Origin: Chiloscyllium plagiosum
Taxonomy: Eukaryota
DNA length: 64,000 bases
Direction: 5' to 3'
NCBI RefSeq assembly: GCF_004010195.1
Contig: NC_057745.1
Location: 11,976,679 to 12,040,678 of the forward strand
Below the pieces are notes generated by a model that saw nothing but the letters and a program-made list of their open reading frames with translations, was not told the DNA's origin and did no database searches. This document shows positions 13,016 to 26,148 of the stretch, one piece after another. The first letter of the stretch is position 1. Each line of letters starts with the position of its first letter. The translations under genes were made by a program, and so were the position numbers.

Positions 13016-13609
13016 ACAAAATCAGAAAACAAAAGATTTCTGGGAAAAGAAGGATTCTTCTAATAGAAGAATGATTGTTGGGGTCCACCCATCGGGTGCA
13101 AAAATTATTCAGAGGACAGGATGCAAGGGATTAAAATAAAAATCTGTATTTATTGCAGGATTCATGAAGTACTGGAATCCTTCATGAAGTGCACAGTTCA
13201 GATGGTACAAGAATTATTCAATTATCAGAATGTTTTGGGGGTATGGAATTATCAAAAGCATATGGCACCAACATTTACTGAATATCAGTTTACACATTCA
13301 AACTGACAGCATGAAAACCAAAACCCTTGCTAAATACTGACATTAATTAATTGGTCTCGTGCAGAGGTGCTAGCTCATTTAGAACCACACTTTTATGGAG
13401 ATCTTAATTATGGAGAAACGAACTTGTCCTTCTGTTTCAGATTTCCAGTCCTTTTCTTTCTACTTCAGTGAAACCTTATGCTGTTGTCATTGTTAGGATC
13501 TCTCACATTGGCTAAACGCTACAAAGGTTTAAAATGCATTGCTTGGTTAAGGATGAAATGACTGTGTATGAAGTAGAGCTCCTGTGACAACATTGTGTGA
13601 AGTCAGCTG

Positions 13610-14885
13610 TGGCTATGTTGATAATGCTGTTGCCTTTGCATCATAAGATTCTGGGTTCAAGTCCTACTCTCACAAATGATCGCAAAAATCAAAATACAAG
13701 ACATCGATTGAGCCACTTTTGGAATAATGCCTTCAATTCTGGTCTCGATGTTATAGGAAAGATGAACTTGAACAGGTGCAGAAAAGATTTACAATAATAT
13801 TCATAGAATCACAGATTCACAGAATCCCTGCAGTGTGGAAGCAGGTCATTTGTCCCATTGAATTCACACTGGCCCTCTGAAGAGATTCCCTCCCAAGCCA
13901 CCCTATCCTGTAACCCTGTATTTCCCATGGCAAATCCACCTGGCTTGCACATCCCTCAACACAATGGCCAATCCACCTAACTACACACTTTCAGATTGTG
14001 GGAAGAAACCAGAGCACCCCACAGTAACCCATGCAGACACAGGAAGAAGGTGTAATCTCCACAGAGACAGTCACCCAAGCCAGGCCCCTGGTGCGGTAAG
14101 GCAGCAGTGTGAACCACAAAGCCACTATGCCACCCAATATTGCTGGGGTTCGAGGGTATGAGCTAGAGGGAGAGGCTAAATAGGCTGCGGCTATTTTCCC
14201 TGCAGAGTTGGAGGCTCAGGGGTGACCTGAGAGATGTTTATAAAATCATGAGGGACATTGATAGGTGGAATAGCCAAGTTGCTTTCACAGGGTAGAGGAG
14301 TCCAAAACTAGAGGGCATAGGTTTAGGGTGAGAGGGGAAAGGTTTAAAAGGGACCTAAGGGGCAACATTTTCATACAGAGGGTGGTGCATGTATGGAATG
14401 TGTTGACAGAGGAAGTGGAGGAGGCAGATACAATTATTGCATTTAAAAAGTACCTGGATGGGTATGTGAATATGAAGGATATGGTTGAAATGTTGGAAAA
14501 TGGGACTAATCGAAGATATTTGGTCAGTATGCATAAGTTGGACTGAAGGGTTTGTTTCTTTACTGCATAACTCTATGACTCTGATGATAACTATCTAGTG
14601 CAGTATTGATGAACTCGATCAAGGGCTTGTAAAAGATCCCATGACATTAGTTTTATGATTATCAGGGGAGTTTTCCACCAATATTTATGTCTCAATTAAC
14701 ATCACAAAAACAGATGTATCTGGTCATTACCACATTGCTGTTTGTGGAAGCTTGCTAGATGTGATTAACTGCTGTGTTATATATGACAACAGTGACTACC
14801 CTTCAGAAGCGTCTTCACTGGCTCAAAGCTGTTTGAAAGGTCTAATGGTGGTAAAATGATCTACCTTAATGGGAGTCTTACCTTG
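13610..14885 (+). mobile_element. Nested cluster: DeuSINE-like SINE > CR1 3' fragment (about 13700-14583) > HE1 SINE (13801-14135, minus)
   Basis: tRNA-like head ctgggttcaagtcc at about 13650; Deu-domain-like aaaaacagat..ctggtcattaccacattgctgtttgtgg at about 14705; CR1 peptide 'RGERFKRDLRGN.F.QRVVHVWN'. Confidence 0.7.
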
Positions 14886-16124
14886 ATTCCTTACAGTGTT
14901 TAACGTGGCCCAATATTTTGTGTCCTGCACAGAAAGAATGGGAATGGAGACAATGTGCCCATGTAATAGTGTTCCAATGACTCCCCTGGACAGTGCCTCA
15001 AAACATTTTGTTTTTAGATTAGATTCCCTACAAAAAAAAAGTTTCTCCTAAGTGCGAGCGAGTTGCAGGCTATCCCAATGACAGCTGACAGTATGTTGTC
15101 TGATCTTTCAGACAGCATTCCAATCAGTCAGTGAACATCAGTCTATATTTGGAGAAATAATGGGCTCACATTAAGTTAAATTTTGTCTGGTGAAAGTGTG
15201 TGACTACTTTATTCAATTTATTGCTGTGCATTTTCCTTGTCTGCGGATTAACAGGTTGTACTCAGAGTTGGGGGCGGGGTACCCTAGTTTCAACTTTATG
15301 CAGAGTAAGCACTGGAGGATAATGGAGAGGTCTTCCTGAAGAAAGGGATAACACCAGCAGAAATAGACAAGTGAACCTACTCCTCTTACTATATTGTACT
15401 CAAGGGGCCCAATGGTCTCCTTTAGCACTGTAACTGCTAATCGAGTCCATACACACTATATGGTACCACACTGCATTTAAGGAGGACATGATTCAGCAGG
15501 AACAGAGTGTAGAAGCTAGTTATTGTGCATCATAAAGACTAGGAACTACGTGCTAACATTGATCTCATTAAGGGGACCATGGTTGCAAGGCAAGGACTCT
15601 GCGGCATGTGTGATAGAACTAACAACAGCTGTTCAACAGTGTGTTGCTTCATTCACTAATTGATAATTAAACATTAGTCTTTTCACAGAAATCAGGAACC
15701 TGTGAACACAGGTACTTGTTCTATTTATACTGCTATCTGCTCTATCTTTCATGCAGTGATTGATTGATAGATAGATAGCATGCATTCATTCCCCACGGTG
15801 GAGAAATCTTTCTTGTGTGAGCAGCGTGAAGGGTCAGTTTCCAGGGGAATCAAGGAAACCTCATGTTGTTAAAGGTTCATGACTTGCCTGCACCATCTTC
15901 AAACTGCAGTAAGAGTAAGTGAAGTGAAGCCCATGACAGTCCATCAGTGAATGTGTGAGCAGAAAGCTAAAATTGTATTTATGATTCCAGGGACAGAGGC
16001 ATGGATGCCTCAGGAGAGAACATCCAGGGAGGATGAGGTGGACATAGACGGGACTGAGAATATCATACTTCTAACCGTCTTATAACTTTGCTGCAAGATC
16101 ATCTGAAAGCACCTCATATACAAC

Positions 16125-16400
16125 AGTAATTTACATTAATATAGCACTTTTAACACAGTAAAACACTCTACAGCATTATGAATCAAAATGTGCACTGAGC
16201 CAGGTAAAAATATGCTGAAAAGTAGGAAAGAGACAGAGAAAGGTAGGCTGTTTGGGAAAGAAGTCCAGAACCTAAAGCCCAGGCAGTTGAAGGCTCGATT
16301 GTAAACAGAATTGGTGTAACACTGAGATGAGTTTTAGGAATGGGGAAAGATACAGAGCTAGTTGAAGCCATTGGGGAATTTGGAAGGATAAGAATCCTGA
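16125..16400 (-). mobile_element. Degenerate L2-like 3' end
   Basis: tttacattaatatagcacttttaac terminus similar to 12485. Confidence 0.5.
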
Positions 16401-17449
16401 AAAAAGCAGTGACTGCTGTAACATGAGCAACAAGAGAATCCCACAGAGCCACCTTCAGAGAGTGACCAAGGGATTTGGGTATGTTATATATTTCAAATCT
16501 CAGAGCTTTGCAGCAATGATACTTGCTTCAATATGTGTAGCAGATGTTATTCTGTGCTCTAAGATGCTTGCAGCAGCTGGCTTACAGATTTGCTTACTTT
16601 TCTCTGCAGCTGCACACAGCCTTAACCAAACAAACTTAGTGAGCAGAGAACAATCAACAGATTCACAGAATCAAACACAGAGCAATTGAACAATTAAATG
16701 TGATGAGGCAACCAAAGGAAAAAAGGTATCCATCCAGTCATTACAAACTTTTCAAAAGTTAAAGATTATATTGGGATGAAAAATCTACTTTCATTCAAAG
16801 GAGTTACATATGTCAACACATGACAGCGAAGGACTTATTCTGAGTGCAGAACTGATAGGCAAGTCACAGAATGAATTGTGGGGTTGAGCATTTGCCTTTG
16901 TAAAAACAGCGATGCAGGATCACTGAGACCTGGAGCAGTGTTTGCTGAGGGCACTTTAATATTTATAACTGTAAGATAAAGAAATTAAATTAATCTGAAT
17001 TTTACTTACAGAATGAATAATTTCTTAATGGTCTGTGAAAAGCGATCACCATTTTCTTTGCCCGAAACCTGATTTTTTTCAATCTCAAAATTAAAGGCAA
17101 AAAGATAGTCACAGATTGCTGCCTTCGATGCAATAGATGGATTGGCATTAACAATTTATAATAAGCCTGAAATAATTTCTAAATTAATTGTGATACAATG
17201 AAAGGGGCCCTTCAGCCTCCTGATCACATTGGAAGTCTAATTTCAATTTCTGTAATTCACCTTGAAATGACTCCACATCAACAACCACATGAACCAAGCT
17301 AAACATTGATTAATGAGTCATTTCATGATTTGGGATAGATTCTGGTTATACAACGGTTCTGCTCCTGACTATTGACAAGCATGAGGGGATGGAAAGACAT
17401 CAATGGAGCTATGCTCCAGACTGTAACTGTACAGAAGTATCTAATATTA

Positions 17450-17652
17450 CACAAACTGTTGGGAAATCCCAGCTGGTCCAGCAGAACTTGTAGAGAGAGG
17501 AAAATCAGAGTTAACATTCCAGGTCCCATGACCCTTCTTCAGAAGCCAGTTCTGAGTTAATTTTGATTTCTCTCCAGGGATGCTGTGGGCCAGCTGGGAT
17601 TTTCCAGTTTTGTTTCAGATTTACAGCATTTGCAGTACTTTCAGTTTTTTAT
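17450..17652. mobile_element. Degenerate PLE-derived fold-back element
   Basis: Inverted arms ggaaatcccagctggtcca / tgggccagctgggattttcc; decayed CTGAAGA hammerhead on minus strand; same family as 55688-55873. Confidence 0.65.
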
Positions 17653-18214
17653 GTAATCATACGACTCAATGGACTTTCATGAGTGATGGGAGCACAATGA
17701 ATAGAATTCCTATCAAGTTTAGGGGAACAATGAACTCAGTTGGCCAAACACCTAGTGAGTTGTTCAGGATAGGTTCGATTCTGGATCGGCTGAAGGAGAC
17801 CTGGGAACTGTGTCCTCGCCTTGCTTTTGAGTGTGGGAGGAAATAGGAAATCATAACTGACCAAACAAAAAACCTGCCCTCAGAACAGCTTAGAATGAGG
17901 CATCCACAGATATCGAGCTGATGTACGTAATGCTGTAGACAATGGACCAAACTCCTGAAATATAAGTACTTATGGTGAGAGATTCAACCTGCACCTGAAA
18001 TCAGGCACCAAGTCCCCACTCTGTGATCAGATGTCTCTAACTAGGGATAATTTCATTGACATGTTGCTGCAGCTAGGGTTACCAATCTGCAAAAGTGGCA
18101 GCATAACAAAGAAACTGTTGCTGATTCAGGGACACAGAACAGTTTAGGAGCTTATTTTGCCTTCAAGATCTTTTGCTTGCAACTTGGGGGGAATTAACTT
18201 TGGCAACTGGGGAG

Positions 18215-18605
18215 ATGGTAATGCTCTGGTAATGTTGCTGGACTAATAAACTAGCAGCATAGACTAATGTTTTGGCAACATAGATTCAAATCCCCCACTG
18301 GCAACCAGTGGAATTCAAATTCAAGGAATAAATCAAGAACATAAAGCCAATCTCAGTAATCATGACCATAACTACTTTGAAGAATTGTTGCAAAAGCCCA
18401 TTCAGCTTCAAAATGCCTTTCAGGAAGAAAATGTGCCACCCTCACCCAATCTGGCCCGAGTGAGAGTCCAAATCCACAACAGTGTGATTGACTCTTAACT
18501 GCCCTTGGAAATGGCCTAGTGAGCCATTCAGTAGAAGGGCAAATAGGGTGGGCAACAAATGTTGGCCTTGCCAGAAGACCAACATTCCATCAAAGAACAA
18601 GCAAT
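18215..18605 (+). mobile_element. tRNA-headed SINE with L2-like tail
   Basis: Same family as 227-935 and 7483-7835. Confidence 0.75.
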
Positions 18606-19166
18606 AAGGAATTTGAATGGAGGACAAGTAACATGCCATTTGCTTCTGGTGAGAAAGAGAAGTCAAAGAGCACCTTGTGTGGTGAGGAAGAGGCAATTGT
18701 GAATTAATGAAAAGAACAAAGAACAAAAGTGCCTACCAAACCTTGAGTAATCTATTAAGATCCAGGATGCCGACCGAAACCAGGTTTGGAACAAGTTGAC
18801 TCAGATTTGTCCCCTGCGGATTGGAGGTAGTGATGATGGGAACTAGACTAGAGGAATGCCCAGAGTGCACTCATAATTAGTCATAGTAACAAATTCCCCA
18901 GAGCTGCAGCATTCATCATTTCACACTCTTTAGTATTGTTCTAGCATTTCCTTTATTTTGCAGTTTAACAGTGCTGAAATATTCATCAACCTACTTAACA
19001 TTCATCAATATCCTGCCTATGACAGAAATCACTGCACAATTGGCTGTAAAATTCCAGTATACATTAGAACTAATTGAGGTTCAGTTACTTGCCTCTCCAG
19101 AGACACCAAGAGCCAGAGATGAAACACAATCTATTAATTTGTCATTAAATCATGCTTAACTCAGTA

Positions 19167-19377
19167 CAGGGGTTCCCCAATTTACAAACGTCCAACTTAC
19201 AAACATTCATACTTAGGAACGTGATCCCACACACTATTGTATTAATGTTAATTTTAAAGATCCAACAATGAACGTTTCCTCATACTTACAAATGGATATT
19301 GGGCATTGTCCTGCATTGTGTTCTCACTTCCAAACAGACTCAAGAAAATAACCTGTTGCCAATCCAGGGATTGCTTG
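19167..19377. mobile_element. Probable Tc1/mariner (Tigger-like) non-autonomous element
   Basis: TA|caggggttccccaatttacaaac ... gggattgcttg|TA: imperfect TIRs, TA flanks, internal acttac(a/g)aac motifs. Confidence 0.5.
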
Positions 19378-20474
19378 TAAGTGTAATTAAAGTCAGGGTC
19401 ACACAAACAGTCACTCCTATACTTTCGTTAGTCCCAAAAACTGTTAACTTTTGACAAGTTTGACCATGTTAGGCTGAATTATGGCAGAAAACGTGTACAT
19501 TTTGGAAAGTGGTGTAATTTAAGTGTATAATAGCTATTAGAAATGTTAATATTCTTTGTTTCCCATTTATCTGATGCTGTAATGTTCAATTTACTTCCTT
19601 TCATCACTGCTTTTCCAAATAAAAGTTTGAAACACAGCTGCAGTTCATGTCTGCTTTTTCACTAGCTTTTCAGAAATGAGCTCACAACATTATGCAGATC
19701 CTCACTGGCACATCGACATAGAGCTGAGACAGTGGGAGAGTTGGGGGCCTGGGATTTGGTTTCCATTAATTGGATTCAAAACAACAAATGACTACTGGAA
19801 CGGTCAACCTGCCCAGGGATATTATAATACAATCTGAAGCAGATGGGATTTGAACATTGTGCCCCATGCTCTAGAGTAGAGATACTACCACGGCACCACA
19901 AGAGCTCCAAGCAGTGAACTGATATTTAAGTGAAATTGATCAGATAGTTACTAATCAATCTGCTCAAAGATATCATGCTCCTAGAGCAGGCCAGACTTGA
20001 ACCCAGGTGTCCTGGTTTAAGAGGTAGGGACACTGCTAATGTACCTCAAGGCCCCCCAAACAGTCAGCTGGCTACAAACATTGTCAACTGTTTCCAGCTG
20101 GTCCCAATTTCCATTCAGCAATTAGACTCAACTAATCTTGTTAAACTGATTTTTCCATCTCGGGTTCAGTCACTAGCCTCCCCAGAGATACCAAGTACCA
20201 GAATGAATTTGTCCTTATTGAACCATGCTTAACTCACTTTGGGAACCAAAGTTACCGAAAAGGAAACATTCACTCTTATAATTTCCCCAATCCCAAAGTC
20301 ATCGTGAGAGCCTTTTTAAGGGAGATGCAGACAAAGTCTGTCATTATGAAGCGCACAAGAAATATTTTAATGGGACGGTTTCAAACACTGTGCCTGAATC
20401 ACAGAAGTGAACATTCATCTTTTTAAAATAGTAAATGAGTCAAAAAAAATCCTACCCTTGTTACTTCTACTCAC

Positions 20475-20655
20475 CAGCCATTGATGACCCCGTCAGGATT
20501 TAGCATGGGAATGATTTTGAAAATGTAGGAGTCCCGTAGACTGCGAGCAATGGGATCATTACTCAAGAGAAATTCCAGTGTACCCTTTATGACCCAGCTG
20601 GCGTTGCTCTCCCCTGGATGGACTCGGGCTGTTAGCACCACGTACTGCCGATTCC
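20475..20655 (-). CDS. AGBL1: AGBL1/CCP4 internal coding exon D (181 bp), start of M14 catalytic domain
   Basis: tacag|GG AAT...GGC TG|gtgagt; (W)[59 protein letters not shown] with zinc-binding HPGE and NPDG motifs; phase matches exon C. Confidence 0.95.
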
Positions 20656-21224
20656 CTGTAATATACAGTAGGGTAACTAATCAGAATCCCTTTTACTCTC
20701 CAGTTGTGTTTCATTACCAAAAATCTTTTCCTGGAATTTTGTAGGTATAAAACAACGTGTCTAATCCGCCTCATCTCAGACAGGGATGGCAGTGGATACA
20801 TTTCCTTTGCACAATGCACTGCAAACTGGATTTTCAACTCGCCATTCTACTGACAATCTGGTGGTCTCGTCCAGCCAAATTCATCGTGAGAGTTTGTTTT
20901 AAAGGAAGATGCAGTGTTGGCAATGCCCCATCATACTTTGAGGACCCGGACCAATATATAATGTTAAAACCGTAATGACCAGCTCAACCTCCACTGTTTC
21001 CAGCAATTTGTTTGGGAATGACTACTTTAGTCTGGTAAAAAAGCTGGGCTCTTCCAGATAATATGTGTTGACTCCTATGAGTCAGGGAAGAGGTTGAAAT
21101 ATTTACTTGAATTGCCCCATGCCCTCGCACAACCAAGTTACATTCCCCTTCCGCCACTTAGAGAAAGGGAAAATTCAGGTGATAGACGCTCCCTATAAAT
21201 AAGTCATTTTAAAAAAAACAAAAT

Positions 21225-21480
21225 GTCCTCCTTTGAGCAGAGAAGGTTAAGGAAGGTTTTAATAGAGATATTTGAAATCATGAAGACTTTTGATGCAGCA
21301 AATAAGGATAACTGCTTGCACTGACTGAAAGATTGAAAGTCAGATACAGTTTGAAAGTAATTAGCAAAAGAGCCGGAGGTGTAATGAAGAGAACGTTTTT
21401 ACTCGGCAAATTATGATAATCTCGAAAGCCCTGCTAGAAAGGACAGTGGAAGTAAATTCGCGGATACTTTACAAACTGTG
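21225..21480 (+). mobile_element. Old CR1 3' fragment
   Basis: ctcctttgagcagagaaggttaaggaaggttttaatagagatatttgaaatcatgaag matches the CR1 C-terminal motif. Confidence 0.6.
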
Positions 21481-22030
21481 GGGAAAAGTCAAGCTGTTGA
21501 GACCAAATGGCAAAAGTTTGGGCGTCAACTTTTGAGGGGTGAAAATCCATGCCAGATCTTAGCAACTGCTGATAACAACGCTGTCCCTGTGGCTGCTGGC
21601 CATGGTCCTGAATCCAGCAGGAAACTTTTGTCCAAGGCTGTCTGTTTCTTCCATTTGAAATGAGAAAAGTGGTGTAAAAAATAACGCACTGCACGGTTTT
21701 CGCCACTTCAGCTTCCAAAACGAGCATGAGGTATATGAAAAACTAACGCGTTATTGGCTAAAGTCAGGGGTTCACTTTTAACTTTACATGGCATCAATAT
21801 TACTTCTGTAAAGATGATAATTATCAATTAAGAACTGGATGACTACTTAAAGGTGATTAAATTAAGAGCAATGGGGAAATGAGCAGGGGAGTGGAAATAT
21901 TTAGCTATGTGGTACTCTCCACTATCAGGATGCTGCCATCAAGCTAAAGAGACAATGTGCCACCGTAAGACTGAGTAATGTGGCATCTGAGTTTTCATGC
22001 CTGCATGATGCTATGCACAAGGACTATACA

Positions 22031-22178
22031 GGAGAAAGTGAGGTCTGCAGATGCTGGAGATCAAAGTTGAAACTTTATTGCTGGAACACTGTTCCCTAGA
22101 TGCTGCCTGACCTGCTGCGCTTTTCCATCAACACATTTCCATCTCTGATCTCCAGCATCTGCAGACCTCACTTTCTCC
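22031..22178. mobile_element. PLE-derived fold-back element, perfect 33-bp terminal inverted repeats
   Basis: ggagaaagtgaggtctgcagatgctggagatca ... tgatctccagcatctgcagacctcactttctcc; exact 14-bp TSD acaaggactataca (22017-22030, 22179-22192). Confidence 0.85.
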
Positions 22179-22424
22179 ACAAGGACTATACATCCCAATA
22201 ACTCATGGATTGTATCAAATAACATATCGCTTTTACTATCTGTATTGGGCAGCATACCAACTGTACTAAACCAACCAGTCCATGCTTGGAAAACTCAAAA
22301 CACAGGGTACAGCATTAGATGCAATTCTGCTGTGGGACAACATTTAACTAAGTAATCCAGACAGTGCTAAGACATACACAAGAAACTAATTTAAGATTAT
22401 TAGTCAGGTTTACAGTGAAATTCA

Positions 22425-22562
22425 TTTGCATGTGCTAGAAGCAATAAATGTAGAGTAATAGGGTAGGAGAATGGGTCTGGATGGGTTACTGTTCGGAGGG
22501 TCGGTGTGGACTGGTTGGACCAAATGGCCTGTTTCCACACTGTAAGGATTCTGTGATTCTAT
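22425..22562 (+). mobile_element. HE1 SINE 3' half
   Basis: gaatgggtctggatggg...ggcctgtttccacactgtaaggattct tail. Confidence 0.8.
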
Positions 22563-22704
22563 GATGCAATGTATATCCACACACCTGTTGTGTGGAGGCA
22601 AAATAAGACTTTGTGTATACATTGTACATTTCTCATTGAAAATGGTTATGGATATTGTCAATCCTTATTGCATTCACCATGGCAATGCTCTGACCAATCA
22701 GAGT

Positions 22705-22906
22705 TGCAGGGCGTGGTTCTGGAACAGCACAGCAGGTTAGGCAGCATCTGAAGAGCAGGAGAGTTGATGTTTTGGGCATTAGCTTTTCATCAGGAATGCC
22801 CAAAACATTGACTCTCCTGCTCCTCAAATGCTGCCTGACCTGTTGTGCTTTTCCAGCACCACACTTTTCGACTCTGATCTCTAGCATCTGCAGTCCACAC
22901 TTTCTC
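22705..22906. mobile_element. PLE-derived fold-back element
   Basis: Inverted arms around a decayed hammerhead; exact 15-bp TSD ctgaccaatcagagt (22690-22704, 22907-22921). Confidence 0.82.
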
Positions 22907-24371
22907 CTGACCAATCAGAGTCTACCTGCCAGTGTGAGATTAATGAGCTAGCTAAGATAGACACTTAACAGGTCCAGTATCATTTCCATATCAACCTTGA
23001 TCCAATCTATCAGGACATTGTTCTCATGCTGCATAAAGTGGTGTTCACTTTCAAAACTTTTTTTATGTCCCAGTCCTGATGAAAGCAAGACAAGAAGTTT
23101 AACTTTGTGTCTCTTTTTAGCAATGTTTAAGTTCAAGAATACCAAGCAATTAATTGGATCCATCTTTTAAAGCACCAAAATAGGCAAGGTGGGCTGAATG
23201 GATTCCTTGTACCCTGTACTATACAGCCTCCAAGCTTTGTATTACCACACTGGATACAAAACAAATGGTGTTCAACAATTACTGAAAGTTATGACATTGG
23301 TCAGTTGGTCTTGCTTAAATCTTTATGTTAATAATAAAACTCACAATTTTCCTTAGTAATTCTACTTTTCAATTTTTCACATCCTTGACTTGCATGCATT
23401 ACATCCCAAGTGGCTGAGGCTGTTATGGTTCAATGCTTATTCAGTAAACAAGGAGGTCAGATGCAGAGTGAAAATCAATTTTCTGGAAGTACAAAGTCTA
23501 ATGAAATTGATGATACAGATATAATTGTTTAAGCAGTCTCTGTGTTTTGTGGGGTTCAGCGTTTCTGAATGAGATTAACAAAAAGTAACTGCTGTTAGTC
23601 TTATAGTGATAGAAAAAATGGAGAGAAGTCAAGCAGAGAAAAGTGAGATTGACTGAAGGAGCAGGTGGTTTTGTATTTCAGTCACACCATTGTTTACTGG
23701 AATATCAATTTTCCGAACAAAGCAACGCAAAAATTGAGTTAGTGGGGAAGGCAAAGTACAAATGTGCAGCAGTTTTATAAAACTCTGCTGCAGAAGGTAA
23801 CAACTCTTTTGATTAGACAAATAATGGTAGGTCCAGAACTCAGACAGAGCCAATAACATAAAGTCAGCGGGAAGTACATCTGTGTAAAAATTGCCACAAA
23901 TTCTGTGAAACATTTGATAGCTATTTTCCAGTGAATTGCTTGTGGTCATGGTCTCAATCATACATTAAAACAATTTACTGTCAAAAATTATTTGAAGTAA
24001 AAACAAGGAAACAAATTTTAATTTTCCTTTAAGGTTTTCATTCCCCCAACAGGTGACAGATCACCCTGCTATGAATAGAATGTGTTCTACTTCAGGCAAC
24101 CCTTATCAGCATTAAGTGACAAGAACACAAGCTCAGGTTAGATGCATAATAGAGTTTCTCTATGCTGCTCTTATCAATCACTCCTGGATAAGATCAGACA
24201 ATAAGATGCAAAACAAAGTTTCCTAAAATTAACCCAACACTATGCTTCATTAGAAAGTATCTCCAACTTTATTCCACTTTTCTCACTTTGTCTCTTACCC
24301 AAAAATGTAGAAGTCAATTAAAGAACACTAACCAATGTCCAGCTAAAATCAGCCAACCCACCAAAGACAGG

Positions 24372-24720
24372 GTCATAGAGTCATAGGGTCATACAGGCAT
24401 ACAGCATAGAAACAGACCCTTTGGTCCAACTTGTCCACCCAAGCCAAACTAATGCAATTTTCCTGTGTTTAGGGCATATCCCGCCAAACCCTTCCTATTC
24501 ATGTACTTATCCAAATGTCTTTTAAATGCTGTAACTGTAATATCCACCACTTCATCTGGCAGTTCATTCCACGTATGAGCTATTCTGCATAAAAATGTTG
24601 CCCCTCACATTCTTTCTAAAACTTTCTCCTCTCTCCTTAAAAATATGACCCCTAAGTTTGAACTTGCCCATTGTGGGGGAAAGATCTTTGCTATTCACCT
24701 TATCTATACCCTTCATTTTT
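24372..24720 (-). mobile_element. CR1 3' fragment
   Basis: (gtcataga)n tail; 'MKGIDKVN...RGH.FK.RGE.F'. Confidence 0.82.
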
Positions 24721-25152
24721 TCTTGTCCATGTAGGAAATTACTGCAAAAACTCACTGCCACAGCCCAAGATGATATTGAACCTAATTAACTGGATTCAAG
24801 CTCAACTTCCAAAGTGAAAAAAGGTAAGTTACTAAATCACAATATCACAGAGCCCTTTTTTAACTGTCTGTATAATAGTGTCTCCAACCCACTGCATTAT
24901 TCAATCTCTCTAACATACTGTGTCAACTAATTCCTCTAACTCACTCTCTCATGCACTCACCTCATGTTACTGAAGCACACATTTCCTCTGTCACTGTTTG
25001 TCTAACTTCCTGTGCTCCACAGACGCTCTAGCCCGATACATCAGCGTATCTCTCTACCTCACCCGTGTCCAGCTATATGTTATCTTTATTCTCTAATGGA
25101 CTATGGAATATACTTACACTCATTTCAGTTGCTAGTACCTCTACCATATCAT

Positions 25153-26148
25153 AGAGAAAATGAAGACTGCAGTTGCTGGAGAGTCAGAGTCAAGAAGTGT
25201 GGCACTGGAAAAGCACAGCAGGCCAGGCAGCAACCAAGGGACAGGGGAGTCAACGTTTCGGGCATAAGGCCTTCATCAGGATTGTGGAGGGGGATGGGGG
25301 CTGAGAGATAAATAGGGGGGTGGGGTGGGATGGGGTGAAGCTAGCTGGGAAGGTGATAGGCAGATGCATTTGGGGGGTTATTGTGATAAGTCAGGAGGGA
25401 GGATGGAGTATATAAATGGGAAGGAAGATGGACAGGTAAGACAGGTCAAGAGGGCGGTGCTGCGTTAGAGGGTTGGACCTGAGATGAGGTGGGGGGAGGG
25501 GAGATTTGGAAACTGGTGAAGTCGATGTTACTTCTTATGTTGGAGGGTCCCAAGGCAGAAGATGAGGTGTTCTTCCTCCAGTCATCAGTGGCTTGGATTT
25601 GGCGATGGAGGAGGCCCAGGACTTGTATGTCCTTGGCAGAGTGGGAGGGAAAGTTGAAGTGGTCGGCCCAGAGACATTCCTTGAAATGCTCCGTGAGTTG
25701 CCATCCTGTCTCCCCAATATAGAGGAGATCACATCGAGAGCAATGGACATGGTAGTTGACGTGGGCAGATGTGCAGGAAAATCTCTGCCGGATATGAGAA
25801 GATCCTTTGCAGCCTTGGATGGGAGGTGGGGGGGGGGGGGGGGAAGTGAGGGCGTGGGTTTTACACCTCTTGCAGTGGCAGAGGAAGGTGCTGGATATGG
25901 AGAGTGGGTTGGTGAGGGCAGGGGCATGGACCTAATGAGAGAGTTGCAGAGGGTATGTTCTCTGAGGAATGCAGATAGGGATGAGGAGTGAAATATATCT
26001 CTGTTAGTGGGGTCTGATTTTAGGTGGCGGAAATGGCAGAGGATAAGGCACTGTACCCCTCCTATTTATCTCTCAAGCCCCTTCCCCCTCCAATTTCCTG
26101 ATGAAGGGCTTATGCCAGAAATGTCAACTCTCCTGCTCCTCGGATGCT
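25153..26148 (-). mobile_element. Penelope-like element 3' part with GIY-YIG remnant and inverted terminal copy
   Basis: Minus-strand remnant 'HIRQRFSCTS...CSRCDLLYIGETG'; hammerhead motifs at 25251-25280 (-) and 26097-26126 (+); exact 15-bp TSD cctctaccatatcat. Confidence 0.85.

Noticed and set aside
1-20474. Next AGBL1 exon (expected HRCSL.GEDLNRQW)
   Set aside because: No matching segment found by eye; probably lies beyond position 1
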